DNA of 64,000 nt from the NCBI GenBank assembly GCA_009691465.1, contig SICK01000002.1, forward strand, positions 9,951 to 73,950, read 5' to 3'. Position 1 is the first letter of the stretch, and every line of letters begins with the position of its first letter. The DNA is from Candidatus Kaiserbacteria bacterium (lineage in GTDB: Bacteria; Patescibacteriota; Minisyncoccia; Phycocordibacterales; SBAW01). Both the position numbers and the translations under genes were made by a program. Positions 10,754 to 20,790 of the stretch are shown one piece after another. The notes beneath the pieces were generated by a model. That model was given only the letters and a program-made list of their open reading frames with translations. It ran no database searches and was not told the DNA's origin.

Positions 10754-11995
10754 CTACACCCGTATGCGATTTTGTAGATATGCAGAGAGTTCTGCCACGG
10801 CGACTCGCTCCTGCTCGCCGCTGTCCCGGTCCCGGACAGTGACCGTGTCGAGCATCTCCGGAGTCTCGCCCAGCGTATCAAAGTCGATGGTGACACAGTA
10901 CGGCGTACCTATCTCGTCCTGCCGGCGGTAGCGCTTGCCGACGTTGCCGTTGTCGTCCCACATAATCTGCGGGATGTCTTTTTTGAGGTCGGTATAAATC
11001 TCGCGCGCCCTCTCCACCAGCTCGGGCTTGTTTTTGAGCAGGGGGAAGACGGCCGCTTTGATCGGGGCAATTGAGGGCTTGAGTTTGAGATACACGCGCT
11101 TCTCGCCGTTCTGCTCGTCCTCCGCATACGCGCTCGCAAGTACTGCAAGGAACGTGCGATCCACGCCGAATGACGGCTCAATAACATGCGGGGTTAGCTT
11201 CTCGTTCGTTTCGGGGTCCTGATACTTGAGCTCAACCGTTGAAGCCTTTTCGTGCGCAGAGAGGTCAAAGTCGGTTCGGTACGCCAGCCCATACAGCTCG
11301 CGACGCCCGAACGGAAAATCAAACTCAAAGTCGATAGTGCGTTTGCTATAGTGTGCTCGTTCGCCGTCCGGAACCTCAAGTTCGTGTACGCGCTTTTCAG
11401 GGATACCTATAGCCTTGTTAAACGCGTGTACGGCTCCTCGCCATTGCTCGAACGCTTCCTCCCACTCTTCGGGCCGGATAAAATATTCTATTTCCATCTG
11501 CTCGAGTTCCCGCACGCGGAAGATAAACTCACGCGGCGCTATTTCGTTGCGGAAGGCCTTCCCTATCTGGCCGATGCCGAACGGCAATTTTGGGTGGAAG
11601 GAGTCAACAATATTTTTAAAGTTTACAAAGATACCCCCCGCAGTTTCGGGCCGCAGGTATGCGACGGTTGCCTCTTCCCCCGCACCGACCGATGTTTCAA
11701 ACATCGTATTAAACATCGCTCCGTCGGCCATCGGGTCGGCAAAGCCCGCCACATGTCCGCTCGCCTCCCACGCTTTGGGGTTCATGATGATGGCCGCATC
11801 GATGCCGTACATATCATCGCGCCCATCCACAAACATGTTCCACCAAATATTTTTTATATTGTTTTTGAGCGCGACACCAAGTGGCCCATAGTCCCACGTG
11901 CCGGCGAGGCCGCCGTAGATTTCGGAGCCTTGATAGACAAAGCCGCGCCGTTTGCACAGCGAGACAATCTTTTCCATCAAATCAAGTTCGGCCAT
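10754..11995 (-). CDS. glyQS: glycyl-tRNA synthetase (dimeric class II)
   Basis: MAELDLMEKIVSLCKRRGFVYQGSEIYGG N-terminus typical of alpha2 GlyRS; class II motifs; start trimmed to MAELDL. Confidence 0.9.
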   Translation of the reverse strand: MAELDLMEKIVSLCKRRGFVYQGSEIYGGLAGTWDYGPLGVALKNNIKNIWWNMFVDGRDDMYGIDAAIIMNPKAWEASGHVAGFADPMADGAMFNTMFETSVGAGEEATVAYLRPETAGGIFVNFKNIVDSFHPKLPFGIGQIGKAFRNEIAPREFIFRVRELEQMEIEYFIRPEEWEEAFEQWRGAVHAFNKAIGIPEKRVHELEVPDGERAHYSKRTIDFEFDFPFGRRELYGLAYRTDFDLSAHEKASTVELKYQDPETNEKLTPHVIEPSFGVDRTFLAVLASAYAEDEQNGEKRVYLKLKPSIAPIKAAVFPLLKNKPELVERAREIYTDLKKDIPQIMWDDNGNVGKRYRRQDEIGTPYCVTIDFDTLGETPEMLDTVTVRDRDSGEQERVAVAELSAYLQNRIRV

Positions 11996-12005
11996 ATAGT
12001 TTGTT

Positions 12006-13928
12006 CTACTGTTTCGGCGCGACAATGTCCATACCCGCGACAAAGTCCGGCTCGGTAAGCCGCGTGGTGGGTGCGAGCGCTGTGGCCGACACGGCCGTCT
12101 GGGCAAAGCGGTCCGTACCCGAGAGCACCGCCGCGCCGGTCAATGCGGGCACCGTGCCCACTTGTGAGACGCTTGGGCTCAAGATGACCTGGAAGCTGCC
12201 CGTCTGCGCGGCCGAGCTGTAGCCCACCCCCGGCTTGATGTCCCCCACATTCCAGCGCACGGTGCGGCTGGCGGCCTCGTAGGTGATGTCAGACCCGGGC
12301 GCGGGCGCCACAAAGCTTACGTACGAAGGCAGTACCGCCGAGACGGTGGCGTTGCCGATAGTGTTGGACGAATTTTTAATCGTCCATACGACCGCGTAGG
12401 CCGTGGGAGACTCTGCGCGCGGCGGCAGGACCCCCGCGTTGGTAAAGGGCCCCGTGTTGTGGAGCGCCTGTGCGGTGAGCAAAGCGGCTGACGAGATAAC
12501 CAGCTGTGTATGTGCGCCCGAGGTGACCGCCTCGGGGACGCTCCCCTCGCCGGTGCGGGTGCCTTTGACCGCGAGCGTCAGGTCAATGGTCGGGTTTTGA
12601 TACACCACGCCGCCGGCCCCGGGAGCAAGGGTCGAGAACGAGAACGAGAGCGTCCCGCTGCCGCCCGGCGGCACTTGTGCAAGCGATGGATCCTGGGCGC
12701 TGGTCCACACCAGGCTCTGCGTGCTCGAGTCATAAAAGCCGCCGCTCGACTTGATAGAGGCAAGGTCGACCATGGGGCCCTCAAATTTGAGCCGCAGTTC
12801 TACATTGCTTACCGGGTCGCGCAGGTTGTTTTGCCAAAGGATATTGCCCTGCAACAATGTGCCCGCCGAGGCGGAGAGTTTTTCTCCCGACTTGCCGTCG
12901 ATAGCAATCGAGCCGGTGATAAACGGCCGGTGCACGGTAAGGCTCGCGGGCACCGAGAGGAAGGGTACGTCTATCTTGCCGGCGGTCTGGTCCTTGGTCG
13001 AGCCGGTAATAAACCGGAAGACCTTCTCATCGCCGTCCTGGCCGTCGACCCGACCCGTAACCCGCAGGACCTGGGTGACGCCCGGACTCATGGTCCCCAC
13101 CCGCCAGAGCGTCCCGCCGGAGTCGGCGTGCGGGGTGGTGCTGTCGACAGAAAAGCCGAACGGATACTGCCCCTGCACCACCACGTCTTGGACGGGTGAT
13201 TGCGAGTTGCTTTGCACGGTCACCGTCATCGAAAACGGCTGTCCGGCGATTATCTCGGCCGGTGCGTCCACCGACACCGACACCGGGGAGGAGCCGAGCG
13301 TCACCGCCACCGCACTCTCTTTGGTAAAGACGGCGTTGCTTGCCTCGACGCTGTACTCGAGCGATGCTTTTATAGTCTGGACCGAGCCCTCCGCGCCGTA
13401 AAAGACGGCCGAGCTGGTCAACTTTTGTTGTCGGCCGGAATCGAGCGTTCCGATAGAAACCCGCTCTTGGTTGAGCGCCTTCTGCGGGTTTTTAGGGTCG
13501 CGCGTGCCTTGCGGGTAGGTGATGATAAGGTCGGCCAGCTGCAGCTGCGCGGGGTTGTGGTTGGTAATGATGAACTGCAGCTGGGCCGCGGTGCCGCCGT
13601 CGATGAGCGCGGGCGCCACAATCTGCAGGTCGATGTTGTCGGAAGAAATGTAGTTGCCGCCGGTAAAAAAGAATACGGAGGCACCAATAGTCGCGAGTAC
13701 AAAAAAAACCGCCGACCCGATGAAGAACTTGGTCGCCAGCGCCATGCGCTCTTGCGGGGCCGAAAAGGCCGGCCGGACCGTGGTCGGCAGCGGCGTGTCC
13801 TCCCAGCGGGCCGGCGCATGCGCATCGGAGGGGTCGAGCGGCGCGCGTATATCGTGCGGCATATGCTCCTGCCCGCGCGAGTAGAGCTTATTTTTAAGCT
13901 CCTCCACCCCACTCTTATCCTCTTGCAT
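12006..13928 (-). CDS. large membrane-anchored surface protein with repeated beta-sandwich (DUF11/CARDB-like) domains
   Basis: Single N-terminal TM after an approximately 70-aa cytoplasmic segment; about 550-aa Thr/Ser/Val-rich extracellular repeats. Confidence 0.55.
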   Translation of the reverse strand: MQEDKSGVEELKNKLYSRGQEHMPHDIRAPLDPSDAHAPARWEDTPLPTTVRPAFSAPQERMALATKFFIGSAVFFVLATIGASVFFFTGGNYISSDNIDLQIVAPALIDGGTAAQLQFIITNHNPAQLQLADLIITYPQGTRDPKNPQKALNQERVSIGTLDSGRQQKLTSSAVFYGAEGSVQTIKASLEYSVEASNAVFTKESAVAVTLGSSPVSVSVDAPAEIIAGQPFSMTVTVQSNSQSPVQDVVVQGQYPFGFSVDSTTPHADSGGTLWRVGTMSPGVTQVLRVTGRVDGQDGDEKVFRFITGSTKDQTAGKIDVPFLSVPASLTVHRPFITGSIAIDGKSGEKLSASAGTLLQGNILWQNNLRDPVSNVELRLKFEGPMVDLASIKSSGGFYDSSTQSLVWTSAQDPSLAQVPPGGSGTLSFSFSTLAPGAGGVVYQNPTIDLTLAVKGTRTGEGSVPEAVTSGAHTQLVISSAALLTAQALHNTGPFTNAGVLPPRAESPTAYAVVWTIKNSSNTIGNATVSAVLPSYVSFVAPAPGSDITYEAASRTVRWNVGDIKPGVGYSSAAQTGSFQVILSPSVSQVGTVPALTGAAVLSGTDRFAQTAVSATALAPTTRLTEPDFVAGMDIVAPKQ

Positions 13929-13943
13929 CCCTATAGTATACCT

Positions 13944-14519
13944 CTACAGCCCCGTGGCTTGGAGGGACTCGTTGATGAGCTTTATGAGCAGTTTGCGGGA
14001 TGCGGCCGCTTCGGCGGCCAGCTCGGGGGTAAAGGCGTCTGTTTCGACAAAAGGGGCGAGCGTCGGGAGAGAAGGCAAGTAGCCCAAGTGGGCCAAAATG
14101 CGCAGTACCAGCACGCACTCGACACTGTCGGCGTTGTGCTCGGTGTGAGCCAGCGACTCAAACCCTTTACGAACGGTTTGGTAGAGTTCCGGCGTGTGTT
14201 CGGCCCCGAGCACCAAACGCAACAACAGGCGCGAGACTTGGCCGAGCCTTTTGCATTGAGCGGGGGTCGCACTGCAGTAGTCGCGCGACACTTCGTCGGC
14301 GCCCGTGAGCCGCCACTCGTTTTTGCCGCGCACAAACGTGTAGCGCCCGCGCGACAGCGTCTCGAGCCCGTAGCGCAACTTCGACGACTCGCGCCGCGCG
14401 CTGGTTGCTTTGGCGCGTACGAGCCCCAACTGCTCGGTCAGCACAAACACAAGCGTGTTGGCCTCGCCCACCCCGCGCTTGCCCAACACTATCCCTTCGG
14501 TGATATATTTTTCGTGCAT
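13944..14519 (-). CDS. recO: DNA repair protein RecO (short form)
   Basis: N-terminal OB-fold pattern (EGIVLGKRGVGEANTLVFVLTEQLGLVRAKATSARRESSKLR); no zinc-finger. Confidence 0.55.
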   Translation of the reverse strand: MHEKYITEGIVLGKRGVGEANTLVFVLTEQLGLVRAKATSARRESSKLRYGLETLSRGRYTFVRGKNEWRLTGADEVSRDYCSATPAQCKRLGQVSRLLLRLVLGAEHTPELYQTVRKGFESLAHTEHNADSVECVLVLRILAHLGYLPSLPTLAPFVETDAFTPELAAEAAASRKLLIKLINESLQATGL

Positions 14520-14541
14520 TATTTATAGTGAGCCTGTCGAA

Positions 14542-17500
14542 CTAGAGTCTCTCGAACGACACCGCCTCTTCTTCTTTGGTCTCCAGTGATATAAGACCGG
14601 TCGCCCCCATCAGCGCGTCGCGGTGCGCGCGGATAAATTCTGCATCCGGAGTTTTTATCAGCAGGCCCGGTCGGTCGGTCATCGAAAGTTTTGAGGTCTT
14701 GCGCCACTCTTGTATCGCACGCACCCACTCACGCAAAGTCCCCTCTTCTTTAAGTTCCGCAGTTAGTTCGATATCGAGCACTACCTCTTCTTGGAGGATC
14801 TGATCCTCCACAACTTCTTTGACGTTTACTTCGTCGGCGATGATTGTGCGGAGGCCCGCGTCTTTGGGAGCGCTCTTGGCGATGAGCTTTTGGAGCGGCT
14901 GGCGGATTTTGATGCCCGCCTTCTCGCGCGCCTGCAACCCCAACGAGCAGATAGAGCGTACCCGCGCCATATCGAGCGTAAGTGCGGCATCGACCGGCGC
15001 TGGTGCAGGCCAGACAGAAAGGTGCACGCTGATGGGGTCGCTTGCAGAGCGCATGCGACCATACAGATCCTCTGCAAAGAACGGCATCACCGGCGCCATC
15101 ACCTGTGCGAGCACTCTAAGCGCGTAGCGCAGGGTGGCAAGTGCGGCGTCTTTGTCGGGACCGTCGGTTTTAAACCGGTCGCGCGAGCGGCGGACGTACC
15201 AGGTTGAGAGGTCGTCTATAAAGTCCGCAAGCGGTCGCACCGCGAGGTCGAGCTCGTAGGTCTCGAAGCCTTTGGTTGAAGCCTCGACCGTTTCGGCCAG
15301 CCGAGACAGTATCCAACGATCAAGCACATGAGTAGGTGCAGGTTGTTCAGAAAAATAGTCTGGCCTGCCGGCCTCATGGGTCTTGGCCGAGACAGGAGAC
15401 CCGAGGACTTTTTTCTGGGCAACCTGCACCGGAGCAAACAGGTCATAAAAACTGCGCACGTTGTCGAGACGCATAATCAGTTTTTTGCTCACCTCATCCA
15501 CCCCTTTTTCCTGAAAGCGCAGGTCCTCGGCTTTGACCAAGGGCGACGACAGCAGATAGTACCGCAGCGCATCAGCGCCGTACTTTTCTACTACATCCAT
15601 CGGGTCGGGATAATTTTTAAGGCTCTTGCTCATCTTCTTTCCGTCCGCGGCGACGATAAGCCCGTTGACTATGACGTTTTTATACGGCGCGCGCCCAAAG
15701 AGCGCGGTGCCCAACACCATAAGCGAGTAGAACCACCCGCGCGTCTGGTCGAGCCCCTCGGCAATAAAGTCCGCCGGATAGCCTTTTTTGTTAAAGCCCA
15801 AAAACCCTTTCGGGTCGAAAGCGCCTTCTCTAAACGGGTAGTGATTGCTGGCAAACGGCATCGAGCCGGACTCAAACCAACAGTCAAAGACGTCGGGTAC
15901 CCGCACCCACTCGCCGTCGAGCGAGTTCCCCATCGCTACGTCGTCGATGTAGGGCCGGTGCAAGTCGAGTTCGTAGTCGCGGTTGTGCGGGTAGGGCGTA
16001 AACGGCACCTCGCACATGCCCGCGGTGCGCAGATAGCGGTCGTCGTTGTCGACACGGGACATAGTCTGCGCAATGCTGGCGCGCTTGGCGATATGTATCA
16101 GCTGATACGCCGGTCCTTGATGCGTCACGATGAGAACATTTTTTCCCGTGTATCGCTGCTCGATATCAAAGAGGAACTCCCCTATCCGGCGGCGCAGCAC
16201 TCGGTAGGTCTCGCCGCCTTCGGGACCCTTGTCCATGCGCTCGACAAACGAAGCATAAAAATCGCGATAGGCCTGTATCGGCCCGCCGTCAAAGCGGCCG
16301 AAGTCTACCTCGACCAGCCGCTCGTCGACCATGACCGCGCTTTCGGGCACGCCGAGCTCGCGAGCTACTATCGCGGCCGTCTCGCGCGTGCGCAGCAAGG
16401 GCGAGGTGATGATAAGGTCGATGGATTTCGATTTTAATTCGGCAGCGGTTGCGGCGGCCTGCAGACGCCCCGTTTCGGTGAGCGGGTTATGCGGGTCCCC
16501 TTTGTGGTCGGTGAGGTCTTTTGTGTTGTATATCGCCTGGCCGTGCCGCATCACAAAGTAGCGGTTGCCCGAACGGCGCACCATAGCAAGCAGGTCCAAC
16601 ACCGAGCCCGCCACCTTGAGCTCTTTGGTCTTTTGGTTGCGCCACACCGGCAAGGGCGCGCCCCAGTAGCGGCTGCGCGATATCGCCCAGTCGGGTGCGG
16701 ACTCCAAACCGTTGTTGAAGCGCCCCTTCCCCACATGCTCGGGGACCCAGCGTACCCGCGCGTTCTCACGCAGGAGTTTTGATTTAATATCAGAGACTTT
16801 TACAAACCATGAGTTGGCCGCCCAATTAAGCAGCGGCGTGTCACACCGCCAACAGTGCGGGTAGCTGTGCTTTATCTTTTCTTGCTTAAACAGCAGACCT
16901 TTTTCCTGCAGCCATGCGGCAATTTTTTCGTCGGTCTCGCGCGGGTTGCCTTTGGGTTTGACGGGCAGGCCCGCAAAATCTTTGACCTCCGGAGCGAACT
17001 TGCCCTCTTGGGTGACGTGCCGGATGAGCGAGATCTTGTGCTTTTGAGCAAGCGCGAGGTCGTCGGCGCCGAACGCGGGCGCGATGTGGACGATGCCGGT
17101 ACCGTCCTCGGCCGTCACAAACTCCGCCGCCCACACCTTGCGCTCGCCCGGGTAGTAGTCGAACGGGGCCTGATACTTCTTGCCCACGAGCTCGGTGCCT
17201 TTGTACCGCTGCACCACCTCGCCCTCTACCTTGCCCTCTGCGGCAATGACAAAGCCGCCGTCCGTCTTGACCTTCGTATATACAAAAGTGGGATTGACCG
17301 CGGCAGCGTTGTTGCCCGGCAATGACCATGCGGTCGTGGTCCAGATCAAAAGCGACGTGTCGGGCTCGTCGACCAAGCGCAACTTGACCGTGACCCCGAC
17401 GTCGTCGATGTCGAGGTAGCCCTGCGCAACCTCAAAGTTGCTGAGCGTCGTGCCGCAACGCGGGCAGTAGTGCATCGACTTAAAGCCCTCGTAGATCAGC

Positions 17501-18045
17501 TTTTTGTCGTACAGCGTCTTAAACGCCCACCACACCGACTCGGTGTAGGTCGGGTCCATGGTCTTGTAGTCCTGGTCCATGTCGGCCCAGCGGCCCAAGC
17601 GCGGGATGATGCGCTTCCAGTCCGAGACATCCTTCATGATAGAGACGCGCGCCGCGGCGTTGAACTTCTCTATCCCGTACTCCTCGATGTCCTTCTTGCC
17701 CTTGAGCCCGAGCTCCTTTTCTACCAGGTTCTCCACCGGCAAGCCGTGGCAGTCCCAGCCCCAGCGGCGTTGCACCCGATAGCCCTGCATCGTGCGGTAG
17801 CGCGGGATAGCATCCTTTATTGTTGAGGCGAGGATGTGGCCGTAGTGCGGCAGGCCGTTGGCGAACGGCGGGCCGTCGTAGAAGACGTACTCGCCCTTGG
17901 GCGCGTCTTTGGTGAGCGTTTGTTCAAAAATCTTCTCCTTATTCCAAAACTCCAAAACCTCTTCCTCGCGCGCAGCCAGAGGGCCCTTGGGCTTTTCGGC
18001 GTGGTGGTGGAGCTCCTCCCCGCCCTGTTTCCTATCGTCGACCAT
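14542..18045 (-). CDS. ileS: isoleucyl-tRNA synthetase with inserted histidine-phosphatase (PGAM-like) domain
   Basis: HYGH and KMSKS motifs, type-2 IleRS features (LHRPYIDDV); about 195-aa insertion (RHGQ...SPLLRTRETA...IVTHQGP) between RYWG-PLPVW and HRPYID segments. Confidence 0.9.
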   Translation of the reverse strand: MVDDRKQGGEELHHHAEKPKGPLAAREEEVLEFWNKEKIFEQTLTKDAPKGEYVFYDGPPFANGLPHYGHILASTIKDAIPRYRTMQGYRVQRRWGWDCHGLPVENLVEKELGLKGKKDIEEYGIEKFNAAARVSIMKDVSDWKRIIPRLGRWADMDQDYKTMDPTYTESVWWAFKTLYDKKLIYEGFKSMHYCPRCGTTLSNFEVAQGYLDIDDVGVTVKLRLVDEPDTSLLIWTTTAWSLPGNNAAAVNPTFVYTKVKTDGGFVIAAEGKVEGEVVQRYKGTELVGKKYQAPFDYYPGERKVWAAEFVTAEDGTGIVHIAPAFGADDLALAQKHKISLIRHVTQEGKFAPEVKDFAGLPVKPKGNPRETDEKIAAWLQEKGLLFKQEKIKHSYPHCWRCDTPLLNWAANSWFVKVSDIKSKLLRENARVRWVPEHVGKGRFNNGLESAPDWAISRSRYWGAPLPVWRNQKTKELKVAGSVLDLLAMVRRSGNRYFVMRHGQAIYNTKDLTDHKGDPHNPLTETGRLQAAATAAELKSKSIDLIITSPLLRTRETAAIVARELGVPESAVMVDERLVEVDFGRFDGGPIQAYRDFYASFVERMDKGPEGGETYRVLRRRIGEFLFDIEQRYTGKNVLIVTHQGPAYQLIHIAKRASIAQTMSRVDNDDRYLRTAGMCEVPFTPYPHNRDYELDLHRPYIDDVAMGNSLDGEWVRVPDVFDCWFESGSMPFASNHYPFREGAFDPKGFLGFNKKGYPADFIAEGLDQTRGWFYSLMVLGTALFGRAPYKNVIVNGLIVAADGKKMSKSLKNYPDPMDVVEKYGADALRYYLLSSPLVKAEDLRFQEKGVDEVSKKLIMRLDNVRSFYDLFAPVQVAQKKVLGSPVSAKTHEAGRPDYFSEQPAPTHVLDRWILSRLAETVEASTKGFETYELDLAVRPLADFIDDLSTWYVRRSRDRFKTDGPDKDAALATLRYALRVLAQVMAPVMPFFAEDLYGRMRSASDPISVHLSVWPAPAPVDAALTLDMARVRSICSLGLQAREKAGIKIRQPLQKLIAKSAPKDAGLRTIIADEVNVKEVVEDQILQEEVVLDIELTAELKEEGTLREWVRAIQEWRKTSKLSMTDRPGLLIKTPDAEFIRAHRDALMGATGLISLETKEEEAVSFERL

Positions 18046-18057
18046 ATAAAGAGCTTA

Positions 18058-19662
18058 CTACATCTCCTCCGGGGTCGGGATACCAAGGAGAGTGAGGCCT
18101 TCGGCGAGTGTGCGCTCGGCGGCGGCGGCGAGGAAGACGCCGTAGTGCTGATGCGGGCCGCCCAGCACCTTTTCTTGCGCATACCAGGAGTTGAAGGCCG
18201 CCGCGAGCTCGGTCAAATAAGTGGTCAGGTAGTGCGGCTCGAGTTCTACGGCGGCATACTCAACCGTCTCTGCATAGTGCACGAGCACGCGTTCCAGCAC
18301 GCTCGCGTGCTCGGGTGCGTCGGATTGACTGGGCGCAATGCCTTTGTCGCTGGCCGCGCGCAAGAGCGAGCGGGCACGCACCAGCGCGTATTGTACATAG
18401 GGCCCCGAGTCGCCCTCGAGCGACAGTGATTGTTCGGGATCGAAGAGGATATCTCTACCGCTCCCCGACTTGAGCACACTGTACTTGATCGCGCCGACTG
18501 CAATCTCTTGGGCAGTTTTTTCTTTATCAGCAAGTACGCGGTCCGCCATCTTTTCTTGCGCGTCTTTTTGCAAGTCTTCAAGTAGCGACTCGCCGGTGAT
18601 CACGTTGCCCAAGCGCGACGACATCTTGCCGGTCGTAAGTCTGAGAAATCCGTTAGCAACGTGGCGTAAGGTCTTGCCCGCCACTTTGTCGGGGAATATT
18701 TTCCCTATAGCGTCGAACACCACCCCAAAAAAATCCTTCTGCTCGCCGCCGGTGACGGTGAGCGATACATCAAAGTCCGGGTACGCCTTGCTCTTGAGGT
18801 CGAAGAGGCCGACCTCTTTTGCCTCATAGGTCGGGAGCCCACGCGAGTTAAGGAACACTCGCGTGTGCGCTCCTTTGTATACGACCGCGCCCTCGCTCTC
18901 TTCAAATACTTTTCCGATGTGGGCACGTACAATATCCGTGCCAAGAGGGCCGGATTCGCTCTCAAAAAATTCTGTATCAAATTTCGTACCCAGTCGCGCG
19001 CACAGCTCATCCAAATGTCGGCGCGACGTCGCTATCCCCTGCTCGCGCAAGTCGCTCCACTCGGCATTCGAGTGTTCGTAGAGCGCGGTGTTTATTGCAT
19101 CTATCTGCTCCTTACCGGACCCGTCTTCATATGCTGCGTTGCCTACCTTGTACGCTTCGCCGAGCGCTTTAATATCGTTTGGATCTCCCTTGGTTTGCGT
19201 GAGCCCCCACACGCCCTTGGCGACCGTGAGTCCTATGTCTGACGGGTAGTTGACCCGTTTTACATCAGCGCCGGTTTTCTGGAGCAACCTTGCAATTGAT
19301 TCGCCCAAAATATTGCCTATCAGGTTGCCAATATGGAGCGGCTTAAAAAGGTTGGGGCTCGTGTACTCGACCAGCACCGTCTTGCCTGCATACGGCTGCG
19401 CGATTACCTGCTCGCCCGGCAGCAGTGCCTCACGCGAGAGATAAAAGTTGATGAACTTCCCCGCGACCTCGATCTTCTCCACTCCCTCTACTTTGAGCTT
19501 AGCCGCAAACTCTTGGGGATCGAGCTTGTTGACCAGAGCGACATTACTCGAGTAGTCACCGTGGCTCATATCGCGCGGTCGCTCAACCGCGAATCGCGGT
19601 TGCCCTTCGGGGCCTTGGCGAAGTAGGGCCTCTCGGATAGCATCGTAAATCCTCTCCTTCAT
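18058..19662 (-). CDS. argS: arginyl-tRNA synthetase
   Basis: HIGN class I motif (KPLHIGNLIGNILG), C-terminal DALR-type anticodon-binding domain; start trimmed to MKERIYD just after upstream gene stop. Confidence 0.9.
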   Translation of the reverse strand: MKERIYDAIREALLRQGPEGQPRFAVERPRDMSHGDYSSNVALVNKLDPQEFAAKLKVEGVEKIEVAGKFINFYLSREALLPGEQVIAQPYAGKTVLVEYTSPNLFKPLHIGNLIGNILGESIARLLQKTGADVKRVNYPSDIGLTVAKGVWGLTQTKGDPNDIKALGEAYKVGNAAYEDGSGKEQIDAINTALYEHSNAEWSDLREQGIATSRRHLDELCARLGTKFDTEFFESESGPLGTDIVRAHIGKVFEESEGAVVYKGAHTRVFLNSRGLPTYEAKEVGLFDLKSKAYPDFDVSLTVTGGEQKDFFGVVFDAIGKIFPDKVAGKTLRHVANGFLRLTTGKMSSRLGNVITGESLLEDLQKDAQEKMADRVLADKEKTAQEIAVGAIKYSVLKSGSGRDILFDPEQSLSLEGDSGPYVQYALVRARSLLRAASDKGIAPSQSDAPEHASVLERVLVHYAETVEYAAVELEPHYLTTYLTELAAAFNSWYAQEKVLGGPHQHYGVFLAAAAERTLAEGLTLLGIPTPEEM

Positions 19663-19679
19663 ATCGTGCAGACTATCAT

Positions 19680-20786
19680 CTACAGCGTCCGTTGGGAAAG
19701 CGCCGGGGTCGAAGAGGCGCTGGTGACGGTAAATCCGATCCGGCCTATCAAAGCGCCGCTTGCGGTCTCCACATCGCAGCGCCACTCGCCGGGCACGAGC
19801 GCGCTTTTGATGCTAAAGCCCCGGTAGCCGTCCTCTCGCCCGCCTTGGATGGGGAACGAGACTCGGGAGCGCTGCTCCCACTCGCCGCCGGCGTTTTTGT
19901 ACTCCCACACATGGTAGATCGGCGTTGCAAGGTCGGCGGGGGCAAACACCGCCGAAAAGCACGCCGCCGTGCCGCTGCCCGAGGTGTACTGCACACCGGT
20001 CTCACGCCAAAACTGGTACCACGGTGCGCGTTCATAGAGCGCAAGGTAGGTGCTGTCGGAGCGGCGCAATACCGAGTGGTAGATCCCAATATCTTTGAGC
20101 GAGAGCGGCACCGGCGGTATGACATTGAGAAAATAGAGGAGATTAAAGATGCAGAATATCGCGCAGACAATGAGCGAGACTTCTTTGAGTTTTTTTGTGT
20201 CGGTACCACGAAACACCGCAAAGAACAGCAGCGACAAAAACCCTGCGATGGCAACCAAGCTCAAGATGCCGCTTAAGAGGAACGCAAGTGTGCCTATCGA
20301 GTGAGTGATAAAGATCGGCACCGCCACCAGCGCGTAAGAAAGCATCAAAAAGTAGTACGCTCCGACGTTGAAGCGCAACAGCGCGTAGCGGCTCCTAAAG
20401 TACTCGTTGCCGAAGACCATCAGGACAAGGATGCCAATAAAGACCGCACTGCCCGCCAAGGTCCCCGAGTGGCCGTAGAGCACCAAAAGGTTGCTGGCGA
20501 GACCACCGAAACAAAACTGCAGCATCAGGAGCATAAAGAGCGGCTCGGCATCATCCGGCCGGCCTGTCCCGAGCTTTGTCGAGGGGCGCCTACTCCGCAA
20601 GTTGAGCAAAATAATAAACGCGCCACCGATAAACAAATACGAAAGCAACAGGATGTTGTTGAAGATGCTGTCCGGCCGCTTGGCCACCCACAGGTCAAAC
20701 AAAAAGCCCACCGCCAAAGCCCCCACCCCGATATGGTGCTCATACTTCTCCCAAAACTTGAATATTGTGTGCCACAGGGCGTGCAT
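19680..20786 (-). CDS. polytopic membrane protein with C-terminal soluble domain, unknown function
   Basis: About 8 predicted TM helices then approximately 120-aa hydrophilic C-terminal domain. Confidence 0.5.
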   Translation of the reverse strand: MHALWHTIFKFWEKYEHHIGVGALAVGFLFDLWVAKRPDSIFNNILLLSYLFIGGAFIILLNLRSRRPSTKLGTGRPDDAEPLFMLLMLQFCFGGLASNLLVLYGHSGTLAGSAVFIGILVLMVFGNEYFRSRYALLRFNVGAYYFLMLSYALVAVPIFITHSIGTLAFLLSGILSLVAIAGFLSLLFFAVFRGTDTKKLKEVSLIVCAIFCIFNLLYFLNVIPPVPLSLKDIGIYHSVLRRSDSTYLALYERAPWYQFWRETGVQYTSGSGTAACFSAVFAPADLATPIYHVWEYKNAGGEWEQRSRVSFPIQGGREDGYRGFSIKSALVPGEWRCDVETASGALIGRIGFTVTSASSTPALSQRTL

Positions 20787-20790
20787 AGCG

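Noticed and set aside
13200-14528. 442-aa Arg-rich ORF on plus strand
   Set aside because: Antisense to the 640-aa surface protein and recO. Arg/Gly-rich translation is characteristic of GC-rich antisense frames.
15328-16437. 369-aa ORF on plus strand
   Set aside because: Lies entirely antisense within ileS.
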